64,000 nt of DNA from Antechinus flavipes. Lineage: Eukaryota. Within the stretch, counting starts at the first letter, position 1; each line of letters opens with the position of its first letter. The notes under the pieces were generated by a model. That model was not told the DNA's origin. It made no database searches and worked only from the letters and a program-made list of their open reading frames with translations. Positions 49,020 through 60,472 of this stretch are shown here, piece by piece. Both the position numbers and the translations under genes were made by a program. Location: the NCBI RefSeq assembly GCF_016432865.1, contig NC_067398.1, forward strand, positions 13,578,001-13,642,000, in the 5' to 3' direction.

Positions 49020-49622
49020 TGACAAAGGGTTGGAAATAGAGATCCAGAAGTATATTGTGTTAAATAACAGTCAGGGCCACAAAGGCTAGAACTCTGGACT
49101 ACTCTGGTTCTAATGAAATTTAATGAGATCAAATGTAAAGTGGACACTTGGGTTCAAAAAATCAACTTCACAACCTTGAAATATGAAACACGCTATTAGA
49201 CATTAGTTCATTTAAAAAAAAAAAAAAGGTTTTAGGAACTTTAGTAGCTTGCAAACTCAATTGCAAAGAACAATGATGATGATGATGATGATGATAGTGA
49301 TGGTGATGGTGGTGGGGGGGATGGTAAAAAAAAAAGCTAATAGAATCATAGACTGTAGTAAAAGGCAAAATGTCCAGGATCAGAAAAAGGTGGTTTTTCC
49401 ATTGCCCTCTGCCCTGGTTGGACCACGCTTGGACTATTGTGTTCAGCTTTGGTGAGCGCCACATTTTAGGAAGGACATCGATAAGCTGAAGAGAATCCAG
49501 ATGCAGGTGACCAAGATGGAGAAGGATCTCTAGATCATCATCAGATGAGGATCAGTTAAAGACACTGACTAACCTGGAGAAGAGAAGAAGGGAGGGGAGA
49601 GCATTAGATGATAGCTGTATTT
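49020..49622 (+). mobile_element. CR1/L3 3' fragment interrupted by a solo LTR
   Basis: ctctgccctggtt..accac, ttttaggaaggacatcgataagctg, aacctggagaagagaag. Continues after the LTR at 49978. Confidence 0.7.
49273..49313 (+). repeat. (GAT)n microsatellite, imperfect
   Basis: Direct inspection. Confidence 0.9.
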
Positions 49623-49977
49623 TGTGAAGACCGCGTTAGCACCCTGAATGCCTTAGAATCAGCCGGAGTCAGGATAAGCAAAAGTCCTTGGTCTTTCTTC
49701 TAGGTCTTTAGGGGTAGAAGTGAAGGGAATGGACACAAGCTCTCCACGACCTTCCTTCACCTCCTCTACCGCCAAAGTGACTCTGGCTTGTCTTGCTCTA
49801 TTCTCTAATCCTTCCCACAAAGGAATACTGTAAACACCAATTATCGAGCCAGCACAGAATAGTGGGAAGGGCCATTTTCCAAGCATATGCTAACAGAGTA
49901 TTGTCCGAGCAATAATTAGCCTTAAGTGCTCGGTTGTCTGATTCCAGTGCATATATTCAGAGTTTCAGCCCTTTACA
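49623..49977 (-). mobile_element. ERV solo LTR, copy 2
   Basis: TG...CA termini, perfect 6-bp TSD GTATTT (49617-49622, 49978-49983); same family as 5127-5480. Confidence 0.92.
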
Positions 49978-50430
49978 GTATTTGAAAGTTGTCGAGTGGA
50001 TGTCAAATTATTAATCATTTATGAAGTACCTACTATGTGCCAGACACTGAACTAAGTGCTAAAAAAACAAGGAAAAGCAAAACAGCTCCTCTCTTCAAGC
50101 ATCTCCCAGTCTAATGGAGGAGACAACATGTAAAGAAGATATGTTTACAAGTTATAGACAGAAAGAGAGAATGGGTTTCCTCTGCTTCCCTTGGATCAAC
50201 AGGCTTAATCCAAGCAAAATGTCCTGGCAGCTAGAGCTAGCCCAAAGGAGAGCAGACTGCCTCGGTTTCTCCCTCGCCAGAACTCCTTTAAGCAAAGACT
50301 GGGTCAGGGAGAGTGAGCGCTCTTGTTGGAGCATGAACCACTAATGCATCCTGTCTCTTCTAGCTCTGAGATCTCTCACTCAAGGGACAATCCAGACCTC
50401 TTGGTATTAGGCTGGGAATCAGGAAATCTG

Positions 50431-50433
<3 letters not shown>

Positions 50434-50462
<29 letters not shown>
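50434..50462 (+). repeat. (CT)n microsatellite
   Basis: Direct inspection. Confidence 0.95.
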
Positions 50463-50464
<2 letters not shown>

Positions 50465-50529
50465 GATCTTGGGCAGGTCACTTCCTATTTATGAACCTCA
50501 GTTTCCTCATCTGTCAAAATGAAGGTATT

Positions 50530-50677
50530 GGGGTGGCAGCTAAGAGGCGCAGTGGACAGAGCACCAGCCCTGAAATCAAGAGAATGTAAGTTCAAATCTG
50601 GCCTCAGACACGTAACACTTCTTAGCTGTGTGACCCTGGGCAAGTCACTTAACCCTAATTGCCTCAGGAAAAAAATT
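50530..50677 (+). mobile_element. WSINE1-type SINE inserted in a MIR
   Basis: Full SINE with A-tail, between the MIR core (cctcagtttcctcatctgtcaaaatg) and its continuation. Confidence 0.85.
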
Positions 50678-51390
50678 AAGATACTGGATTAGGTTGCTTC
50701 TGATTCTAAATATACAATCTAGGAAGCACTTCCTCTCTCTCGGCTTTGGTTTCTTCTTTATAAAATGTCGGTTTGGATACCGGGGTGATTTATGGCCTCT
50801 CCAGGCCCCCAGCTTTGCTGGCTATCCAGGGCCCTAGAACTGATCTTGCTGCTGCCAAGCCTCCTGCCCCCACTTCCTGCCCCCAGCCTTTGCAAGGACC
50901 CTGCCCCTCCAGGCTACAAGAAGAGGCTTGAGGCTTTAAAAAAAGAAGCAGGGGAAGGGGGACTAGAGAAGGAAAGCCCACCAATGCTTGGCAATCAGCA
51001 AGTCTGCAGAACAGAAAGGTCACTTACTGACCCTAGTGCCCCCAAAGCCCTCCCATTCCATTCTCCCCAGCCCTTCCAGTGATCCCCACCGCCACCTTTG
51101 TTCCGTTCTTCTCTGTCCCTCCCAGGTCACCCTTCTCCATAAGGGCAGCGTTACAGCTAAGGCTTGATCAGAGTTCCTTTATCAGGTCTGATAACGTCCA
51201 GTAATTATAACCCATCTTCTGACGCCACTTCCAGAGCTTTGCCCATGTTGAACCCGAGTGTCCATAAGGCCAGGGGTCGCTTTCTCCCATTGGGGCAAAA
51301 GCAATCTACGCCCCGAGACTCGATTACAGCTGCATTTTGCTTCTTTTCAGCCCTCTTATGGCATAAAATAATTTTGTGCCATAAGAAAAT

Positions 51391-51762
51391 ATGAAAGGGA
51401 GAGATTCCAAAACTCAGCCCTGAGTTTCAGCTCAACTATTCATGTAGATTTGGAAGCAGCTCTCGGCGGGTCCTTGGTGGGCTTTGCTGAATCCTGAGGT
51501 AGGGGCCCTTCCAAGGATGCTGCCCGTGGGTCTCCATCCTCAATGGTCCGATTGCCTTCCGCTTCTGCAGCCAGGAGCTGTCCCCTCACTAACAGCAGCC
51601 AGTTCCTGGCCCAGAATCCCGGCTGAGTCAGGAGGAGCCTAATGTTCCTCTGACTATCATTACATAATCTCCTCTGGCTGTGACTGGGACTCCGGTGTCC
51701 AGTATGGGCTGGACAACGCTGGGAAAGGGCGAGATTGGGGGAGGTCCTCGATGATTACGGAG
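51391..51762 (+). pseudogene. SLC22A14-like first coding exon remnant
   Basis: Frameshifted blocks: LEAAL..GFAE / GPFQ..VSILNGPIAFRFCSQELSPH* / NSSQFLAQNP / RLSQEE..PLTI / WDSGVQYGLDNAGKGRDWGRSSMITE|gt. Ends at the same E|GT junction as SLC22A13 exon 1 (SLENE|gt). Confidence 0.75.
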
Positions 51763-51999
51763 GTTTTCACTTTATATTCTCACAGAAATTCTCTAATTGC
51801 TCATTTGTTATTTGGGGTACAGGCTAGATTCCTAGGAGGGGATGGCTTCCCTCTTTAGGGATGAGCAGGATTTGCCTTGGAAAGAGAGACAGGATTATGC
51901 TGGGCTATAGCTGCTCCCACTTCCAAGGTCTTGAATATATCAGCCATGAATGGTTGGGGTTCAACAGCGAGGGACTCCATTTATAGCAAGAGGAAGCCA

Positions 52000-54390
52000 G
52001 CCCCCAGAAGGAACCTTGACCCTACTTCCATTTAATTTAATTAAAGCAACTCAGTGACAGAAAAAAAAAAAAATCAAACTCTTCATAAAGAAGCTCAAGG
52101 GAAAAAATACTAACCCAGGATGAGTGATAATTGCAAATCAATTCTCTCAGACATTCAAGGAACAACTAACTCCAATAGTACTTAAGTTATTGCAAACTAA
52201 GGAAAGATGGTATCCTGCCAAATATTCTCTTATAGATAAATATGGTTCTGATGCCTAAATCAGGAATAGATCAAGCAAAATAAATAAATAAATCCACAAA
52301 TCAATTTGCCAAATAAATATTGATGAAGTGAAATCTTAACAAGGAGGCAAAAAAATTTTGCCCTATAATGGATTTATACCTAGGGATGTAGAGTTGGTTC
52401 AGTATCAGAAAAATGTTTAATCACATTAATCACAAAAACAATTTTTAAAATTGTACAATGATATCAGTGGATGAAGATAAAACATGTGGGAAAAATACCT
52501 TTTTAGAGAGAATCCTATAGATTCAATTAAAATTAATCAAAATAATTTCAGTAAAATAAGATCTTAAAATAAACTACATAAATCATTACGCTTTCTGTAT
52601 TTTATTATGAAAAATCATCAGGAAGAAAGAGAAAGAGAAATTCTGTTCAAAATAACTGCAGAATACATTCAATTTCTTTAATTCCACCAATAAAATACAC
52701 AGAGAATTATATGAATACAACTGAAGAACATAGGAGACAGATAAGTAGCTCAGCAGATAGATCACTAGTCCTGGAGTCAGGAAGAGCTAATTCAAGTCTG
52801 GCCTGAGACACTTACTAGCTGTGTGACTGTCAGCAAGTCACTTAAACTCTGCTTGCCTTAGTCCACTGGAGAAGGAAGTGGTAAGCCACTCCAGTATCTT
52901 TGCCAAGAATGGGGTCACAAAGAGTTGGACGTGACTTAACAACAATCACAAAACACCCTTTATAGAAATACCAACTTAAATACTAGAAAAGAAATGAATT
53001 TTTCATAGTTGGGCCACAATTATATAATGAAAATAATAGAAACCATTTAAAGTAGCATCGCCCCATCAGTCAAATTGCCAGAGTTACTTTTTAGAACTAG
53101 AAAAAATTATAAAAGGATATATCTGAAGAAAAAGCAGTCAAAAATCTTCAGGAAAACGATATAAAAAAAAAAGCAAAAAGGTAAGAGATATGGCAGAATC
53201 AGATCTCAAATTATAATATTAAAAAATCATCAGACCTATTTTGAATTGATTAGTAAATAGAGAACTCGATTAGTGAAGCAGGTTAGGTACACAAAATTCA
53301 GGAGCAAAATTTTATGGCGATTTAGGATTTAATGAATCTAGAATCAAAACCATGGGGGCAAGATTCATCCATCAACAAAAACTTATACCAGATCTCTTTC
53401 TGACTTTTCTATAACTTTGATCAAGAACTCTTCCCTTATTCATTGTTGTGAAAGATCTCTCCTTTCCTTTTCTAATTTGCTTATGACATGACTTTTTATA
53501 TCTAGATCATATAGCATTTAGAGTTTGTTGTGCTATCTGATATGAGATGTCAGCACAATAAATAAAGATCAAATAAAGGGTAGAAATGATCACAATAGAT
53601 AAAAATGGACAATTTTGATTTACTCATAAAATTAAAAAGGTTTTGTACCTGTCTCCTAGGGTTGTCGTGAATATTAGGGTTGAGGTAGATGAGAATGAAA
53701 CAGCAGATAGCTGGGATTTGGGAAGGTTTGATTTTTGACAGCTGCGAGGTCAATATCACTGGGATATAGAAGAGAAGCAGTGAACTAGGGAAATTTTTCT
53801 GATAATGATTTAATATCCCAGTTACATCAAAATACACAAGAACGAGAGCCATTCCTCAATAGATAAAAATGATTAATGGATATGAACAGATAAAGTTCTC
53901 AAAGGTTCTCAAAACAAGAAATACATGCTCTTGATAATCATGTAAAAAGCCTCCAAACCACTAACTGTGGTAAATAATTTTTGTTGAAATAGAACTTTAA
54001 ATAATTCTAAGGTTCCACTGAACACTTGTCAGACTAAAAAAAAAAAAATGACAGCAATAAAGGAAAATAGTAGCAGTCAGAGGGGCTATGGGAAGACGAG
54101 TAGATTAGTACACTCTTGGTAGAACTATTGATCAGTCCATTATGGAAAGCAATCTGGCATGTATTCCAAAGAGATCAAAGTTAGACAATAAAGACCCATT
54201 TGTGCAGAAAACAAAGTATGTGCTTCTCAGCTGGAGAATGGCTGAGTAAATCAAGGTATAGGGATGGAATAAAATATTATGAAAAGGAGAAGTTCCAAAA
54301 GATCTGGGAAGATTTGTATGAACTGATACAGAATGAAGGAACCAGAACCAGGGGAACATTTTATATAACGACTACCACACTGTAAAAGAA
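52000..54390 (+). mobile_element. Old L1 ORF2/3' remnants with an inserted MAR1 (52735-52940)
   Basis: Decayed L1 ORF2 motifs; MAR1 tail ctggagaaggaagtggtaagccactccagtatctttgccaagaa. Confidence 0.7.
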
Positions 54391-57300
54391 AACAACTTTG
54401 AATTTTTATTGATGTGTAAACTTTGGTTTACCAAGCTCTTCCAGAGACTAAAAACTGCTTGCTATTGTTATATCTCTAAGAGTCAATTGGAATATTAGGG
54501 GAAAAGCATTGTGGGTGTACAATTGGGCTGACGGTTGTCCGGTTATAAGGTACTTCTCCCTACTACATCAAGTAGTCTGTATGAAGTTTGTCTTGGATTT
54601 CTGAAAATCTGTGAGGAGGATGTGAAGAAGGTAGAGAGGAAGAAGGTGAAGAGACCTACCTTCCTTGTTAGAACTCCCTTGTTGTGTTATGAAAAAGCAT
54701 AAAGAGAAGGGTGTGAGAAATTAATAGCTTATCATGATGGCTAAAGAAATAACAAAGAGAAAGGGGTAATATAACTTTTTCTGAAATATTGAATTTAAGC
54801 CTTTTCTTGAGAAGAAATATGAAGAGGATTCTTGAGAAACTCTACCATGTGGAATGAACTAAATAATGAAATTATGTTTTTAGAAAGAAAGTGATCTGAG
54901 GTGATATTTAGGGTCTGACATACTAGTTATGATCTTTCTTATGGCTAAGATATTATAAATAATCTATATTTTGTTGTATTTTAAATTTCATTTTAAGAGA
55001 GTTATATTCAATTATTTTAATATCCATTTATTCATAGGAGATTTCGCAATTACAATATACAGAGAGATATGAATAACTATTACTGAGAAAGTTGCTTTCT
55101 CCAGTTTATTCAATGAATGATATATAAATTGGGGAGGGTATTTGATGAAACTAATTGATGAAAAAGTTTATAATTTTATTAATTAGAAATGAAATATCAA
55201 AACACATCGCTGGATAACTCTGAATCTCAGAACAAGATTAAATATCCATTCTCCTTAGTTACAATGATCTTTTAATGGCCAAATCCAACGATCTTTCCTC
55301 AGTCTTTCTCCTCTTAAATCCTCCATCCCTATAGTTGGAACTCCCTCCCTTCTCATCTCTGCCTCTGAGCTTCCCTGACTTCTCCCAACCTCAGACTGTG
55401 CAAGAAGCCTTTCCTGATCCCTCTTAATTCTAATGTTTTCCCTCTGGCCATTATTTCCAACTTATCCATCTATGCCTTATTTGGGTGATGTCTTTCCATT
55501 CGACTGTGAGCTCCTTGAGGACACTGTGCCTTTTTTTCTAGTGTCAGCACTTGACACAACGCTTAACACAAAGCAGATGCTCTTTAAATACTGACTGACT
55601 GACATTGAAATATGGGAGAGTCAAGAAACAAGGAAGCCTCTGAGTGAATGTATTCTAAACTATGGCCTCGCTCTGAGAGCAGTGATTCGCCACAACAGCA
55701 GACAGACAGACAGACAGATGAGGCATGCTGCCCACCTCTTGGCTGAGAGCTGTAGGCCAACGTGATGGACTGAGACATAGCCACTGTGGGCACCTGTTTG
55801 AATGACTATGCTGATTAATTACAAACAAGAGTGAGCTTTGGGGAGTGGGAGAGAAGAAAGAGTTAAAAACGAGTAAAGGTGATTATAATGACATCATAAA
55901 AAAGAAAAAAGATATCAATGAAATATATTTTAAAATATACAGAAATGAACAGAGGAAGCATGGCTGGGGGACCCAGACAAACAAGGCATTATGGTATGAT
56001 AACCATTTGTCATGGTAACATGGCAAATTCAATATATACTTAAAGGCCTATATATTCTAGAGATTCACAGGTTCATATAAAAATCTTCTTTTCTTTTTTG
56101 TATTTAGAAATGTTTATGTTGGTTGATGTGTGTTAAGTTCATAAAAAAAGAAAACCAAATCAGTTACCCCAATTAAAATGGAGACACTCAGATGTTTTGA
56201 AAGCAGAGTATCAGAGCAATTTATAAAATGAGTGTGTGCTGTGTACATATGGGAACTAATATACGAAGACGCTTGCTGGCTAATCCAGAATGATTATACG
56301 TCAGTTGTGTGCCTCATTTATGGCCCCAAATAAAAATACAGCATATGGTATTAGGAGATTAATATTGAAAGAAATATCTTTTTTAAGATCTATTGAAAAC
56401 CACAGGCAAAACCTTACCCGTTTTATCCAACTTGTGTTTGTTCTGATAATCTCTGTCCCGGGACTACTACGTATAATAATCAGAGCAAAGGCAATCCCTG
56501 CCCCGTTCATTATTTCATTGAATCCTTAATGGCAAACTATAAGAGGTAGGAAGTATTTAGTGATGTTCCCACTTTCTAGATGGGAATACTGAGATCTAGA
56601 GGTGTTGCAGTTCAGGGGCAAGTGAAGCAGTTACAACTTGCCCAGAACTCTCTCAGGTGTCTTCAATTTCCTCCAATCCATTAACTTCTTTCAACTGCCT
56701 ATATAGACAAGTAGATTTCCTAAAAATAAATTTTAGAAAGAAAGTGCCATCTGACATGGGTAGAGGGACTTCCCTCTTCTGGAATTCCCCTGAACTATGA
56801 AATCAAAAATCTGGTTCCAAAAAATCAGAGCAAAAATACAATATAAACAAAACAAAATAAAAATAACAAGCAAACTGCAAACAAAAACACAATTTAAACA
56901 AAAAATAAAAATGAAAACATTAGATAAATGTAGATAAACAGGCTCTATTTAGTCCAAAGCATGTATGTAAAGAATGATGTATAGAGATGTAGTTAAATAT
57001 TCTCCCTTCCCTTTTCTCTTAAAATGTCACCTCTGCGTTTTGAGCTGACTCTGACCTTTAGATCTTGTCTCACATTATAGATTTTAAGCTCCTAATGAGT
57101 TAGGACCATGACTTGATCATCATTGTATCTTCTACAGCACCTGCTACCCTGTAGTAACTGTTTGTGAATGAATGAATGAAGGCATGAAGGAATGAGACTC
57201 CTCTTGGGTCTTGCAGGATAGACCACATTTGGATGATACCCAGAAACTTACAGGTATGTCTTCTTTCTTCCCGGAAGTGGACTAAAAGCCTCTCATGGCA

Positions 57301-57561
57301 GGGGAAGAAATGGGGGAGAAGTCTAGTGGCTATGACCTTATCCTAACCCCCTTCCCAGAGACATATCCTATCCTGAAAGATTTATTTTAGGAGAAGTGAA
57401 ATGACTATTTAGAGCTTGTGAAAGCATGACAACTGACTGTGTGATCTTGAGCAAGTCACTTCCCTCTTTATTTCCTCAGCTTTAAAAATAAGGTGATTAG
57501 ATGACTCCTATCATCCCTTCTTGCTCTGAAATTCTGCTTTGGTTATTCTCTGCTCTTTCAG

Positions 57562-57705
57562 CAACCCCTGGACATATCACCTCTCCCATATCCTCTAGTA
57601 TGGGCTAGACGTTCATGACAAGTTTAGCCAGTGGTGTCCGCAGCTGGCGGTCACTGCCAGTGTGGGGCTCAGCCCCCCTCGTTGGCACTCTTAATTCGGC
57701 ATATG
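57562..57705 (+). pseudogene. SLC22 exon-4 homolog remnant
   Basis: tctttcag acceptor and gtgaac donor. SSMG*TFMTSLASGVRSWRSLPVWGSAP aligns to [28 protein letters not shown] of SLC22A13 exon 4, with TAG at 57606-57608. 144 nt versus 169. Confidence 0.75.
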
Positions 57706-57943
57706 GTGAACACAGAACCTACTAATTACTGCTTCCATATTGGGCACTGGGGAAACGTGCTAAGCTTTGGAGTCTTGTCTAGACCTATCACCAGTCAATT
57801 CTATAATATTGCCATCTACCATCATCAAGGTACTACTGAAGAAGGATAGATGTTCAGCTACTGAAAATTGGAGCTTTTCCCCATAGCCCTTTGAGAGAGA
57901 GAACCACAGTGGCCTTTTGTATCCCCAATGGCTAACACATACA

Positions 57944-58638
57944 TAACAGTGAAAATTAAAGGAGATTGAGATAGAAAGTTCTTAGAGCAATCAACTTATG
58001 AGTAAAACATGAATTTATCAATAAAGAGGATCTCAGCTTCCCGAGGAAAGCCAAAACCCTAAATGTGGGAGGAAACGCTCTTTTATAGTTTTGGGGAGCA
58101 CAGAAAATAGGAAGCCTAGCATCACAGATGGAGGAAAATATGATTGGATAGAAACTGGGGATAGGGGCTAGCAAAAACAAACAAACAAACAAAAAACCTT
58201 TTCTCTTCCTCCAGTGACTAAGAAATATTCATTATTCAAATCCAGCTGCATCTGCAAGGACAGAGAGAGCAAACCAGACTTCTTTGGCTACAAACTAGAC
58301 AGCTTTGCAGGATTTTAATTTCTACCCTCATCATTTAAGGATAAGAGATTTCTTTAACATAAGATAGAACAATAATTAACAGAACTGGATTTTTAAACTT
58401 AACTCATTAGGGCTAGATAGAATTTCTGAATTAAGTTCAGAGTCAAACTTAGGCAGTTGCAAGACAAAATCAATTAATTGTAAATAGGATCAGTTAAAGG
58501 AAAAAAAAAAAAGACACAATCTGAGTAGTTCAGTTCCTCTTTTTGATCAATGAGATTTGTATAGATGTGTCTCTCCCAGATCACTTATGTATAAGATTTG
58601 TATCATTCCATAAAATTTCTATGTAAGATTTTTTAACA
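57944..58638 (-). mobile_element. ERV LTR (candidate 3' LTR)
   Basis: 57944-58230 aligns by eye with 63712-64000 (e.g. aatcaacttat..taaaacatgaattt...aagaggatctcagctt). Right boundary uncertain. Confidence 0.65.
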
Positions 58639-58648
58639 TAGTTATTAT

Positions 58649-59533
58649 TTTTTATTAAAGCTTTTTATTTTCAAAACATAATCATGAATTTGGAACTGGG
58701 CTCAAAAAGTTATCAAACTGGGCATACTCTTTGACCCTTCAGTGTTTCTATTGGGCCTGTATCCCAAAGAGATCTTAAAGAAGGGAAAGGGACCCACATG
58801 TGCAAAAATGTTTGTGACAGCCCTCTTTGTAGTGTAATGGCTGATGGAGGCCCATCAGCTAGAGAATGGCTGAATAAGTTATAGTGTATGAATGTTATGG
58901 AATATTATTTTTCTGTAAGAAACAACCAGCAGGATGATTGCAGAGAGATATACAGGAACTGATGCTGAGTGAAATGAGCAGAACCAAGAGATCATTATAC
59001 ATGGCAACCACAAGACGATATGATGACCATTTATAATGAACATGATTCTTTCTAACAATAAGATAATTGGTGCCTGTTTTAATGATCTTGTGATGAAGAG
59101 AGCCCCCCGAGAGAGGACTGTGGGAAATGAATGTGGATTACAACATAGCATTCTCACTCTTTTAGTTGTTGTTCGCTTGCATTTTGTTTTCTTACTCATT
59201 TGCTTTCTTTTTTTTGATCTGATTTTTCTTGTGCAGCAAGAGAATTGTATAAATATGTTTATACATATTGGATTTAACATATATTTTAACATGTTTAACA
59301 TATATTGGATTGCTGGCCATCTAGGGGAGGGCATGGGGGAAGGAGGAGAAAATCTAAAACCTAAGGCTGTGCAAGGGTCAATGTTGTCAAATTATCCATG
59401 TATATGTTTTGAAAATTAAAAGCTTTATAAAAAAACAAGCATACATTTTCAACATTGACCCTTACGAAGCCTTGGGTTCCAGATTTTCCCCTCCTTCCCA
59501 CTCCCTCTCCTAGATGGCAAGTAATCCAATATA
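58649..59533 (-). mobile_element. Minus-strand L1 3' fragment with 16-bp TSD, split by a nested plus-strand L1
   Basis: TSD TTAACATAGTTATTAT at 58633-58648 and 59534-59549. Outer pieces 58649-58680 and 59441-59533 are consecutive parts of one L1 3'UTR. Confidence 0.8.
58687..59437 (+). mobile_element. Nested 5'-truncated L1 (ORF2 C-terminus to polyA)
   Basis: tttggaact..aaaagttatcaaactg..ctttgacc through ttttgaaaattaaaagctttataaaaaaa. Confidence 0.9.
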
Positions 59534-60472
59534 TTAACATAGTTATTATAACAGTACATACTGATACCAGTTTTTCTGGCGCAACTTTAGAATAGGTTTT
59601 AATAGAGCAACTAATGCAAAGTCTGAAAGAATTACAAAGCAGGGAACATATAAGTGCCATTTCCCTATAGCCAAGTGAACCAAGATGAGGGATTCTCCCA
59701 AAGATCGCCTGAGGAAGTGCGTTATGTTTCTCCTATAACTTATGGGTCTTCTGTAGGCTTGTCACAATTTCTACTGACTTTTTCCTGTTGTAACCACAGA
59801 CTGATCATAAAGCCATAGTAAGACATATACATCCACAATGATGGTCCTAAGTTCATCTCCACCTTTTTCACACTATCTCGGGCCAAAAACATAAATATAC
59901 CACTTAAATCTTGGCAGGGATTGAGAGACAAAAACTGTTGATTATTTCTACATCACATGATTTGAAGGGATCTACTCCCCAAAACTACCTAGTGCTTCTA
60001 AGTAATCTCTTATAAAAATGGGTAGAAGTCTCATTTTCTTCTTGACCAAGGTGTTCAAAATCTATCCCTATGTGAATCAGGGAGTCATGATTTAGAGCAA
60101 ATTTTCTTTCTTTCTTTTTAGTTGTCACACATTTCTTAAGGAAACTTCCTTAGACTAGGTGAATGGGTACTTCATAGTCAGTATGTGTAACATCCAACAA
60201 GTTTAGGGCAGCTGTTCATTAGTTGAAAGTAGACAATGGAGGAAGGTGCTTTGCTATGTATTTGACACCAGTGAAAAGGTGAAACAGGTCTCAGGGGGAT
60301 ACCCTATTTAAGCAGCTTTTGGTTTAAAGGAATTAAAACCTTGTCTGATTTATCTTTCTAGATCTTAGCTTAGCTACTTCAACTAAGTGTTTTTAATTTT
60401 TTTAATTTCTTAACAGGATTCCTTATTGCTTTTGTGCTTCATAGGAATACAACATCAAAGATGTGTAAAATT

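Larger units (their letters stand above)
51391..57870 (+). pseudogene. SLC22A14: Decayed SLC22A14-like (SLC22A13/14 family) pseudogene
   Basis: Ordered remnants resembling SLC22 exons 1, 4 and possibly 2 and 5, with stops and frameshifts. Lies downstream of SLC22A13 on the same strand, the eutherian SLC22A14 position. Orthology inferred from synteny and remembered sequence. Confidence 0.65.

Noticed and set aside
5127-49977. Two same-family, same-orientation LTRs as ends of one element or composite transposon
   Set aside because: Each has its own complete, different 6-bp TSD, so they are independent solo LTRs
56290-56529. Overlapping 79-aa and 69-aa ORFs and a minus-strand GTAAG donor as a hidden exon or viral fragment
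   Set aside because: The 3' half runs into a MIR, the peptide is unrecognised, and no partner exons were found
57220-57253. Apparent AG/GT-bounded microexon (DRPHLDDTQKLT)
   Set aside because: No recognisable protein or partner exons; overlaps the equally weak exon-2 remnant candidate
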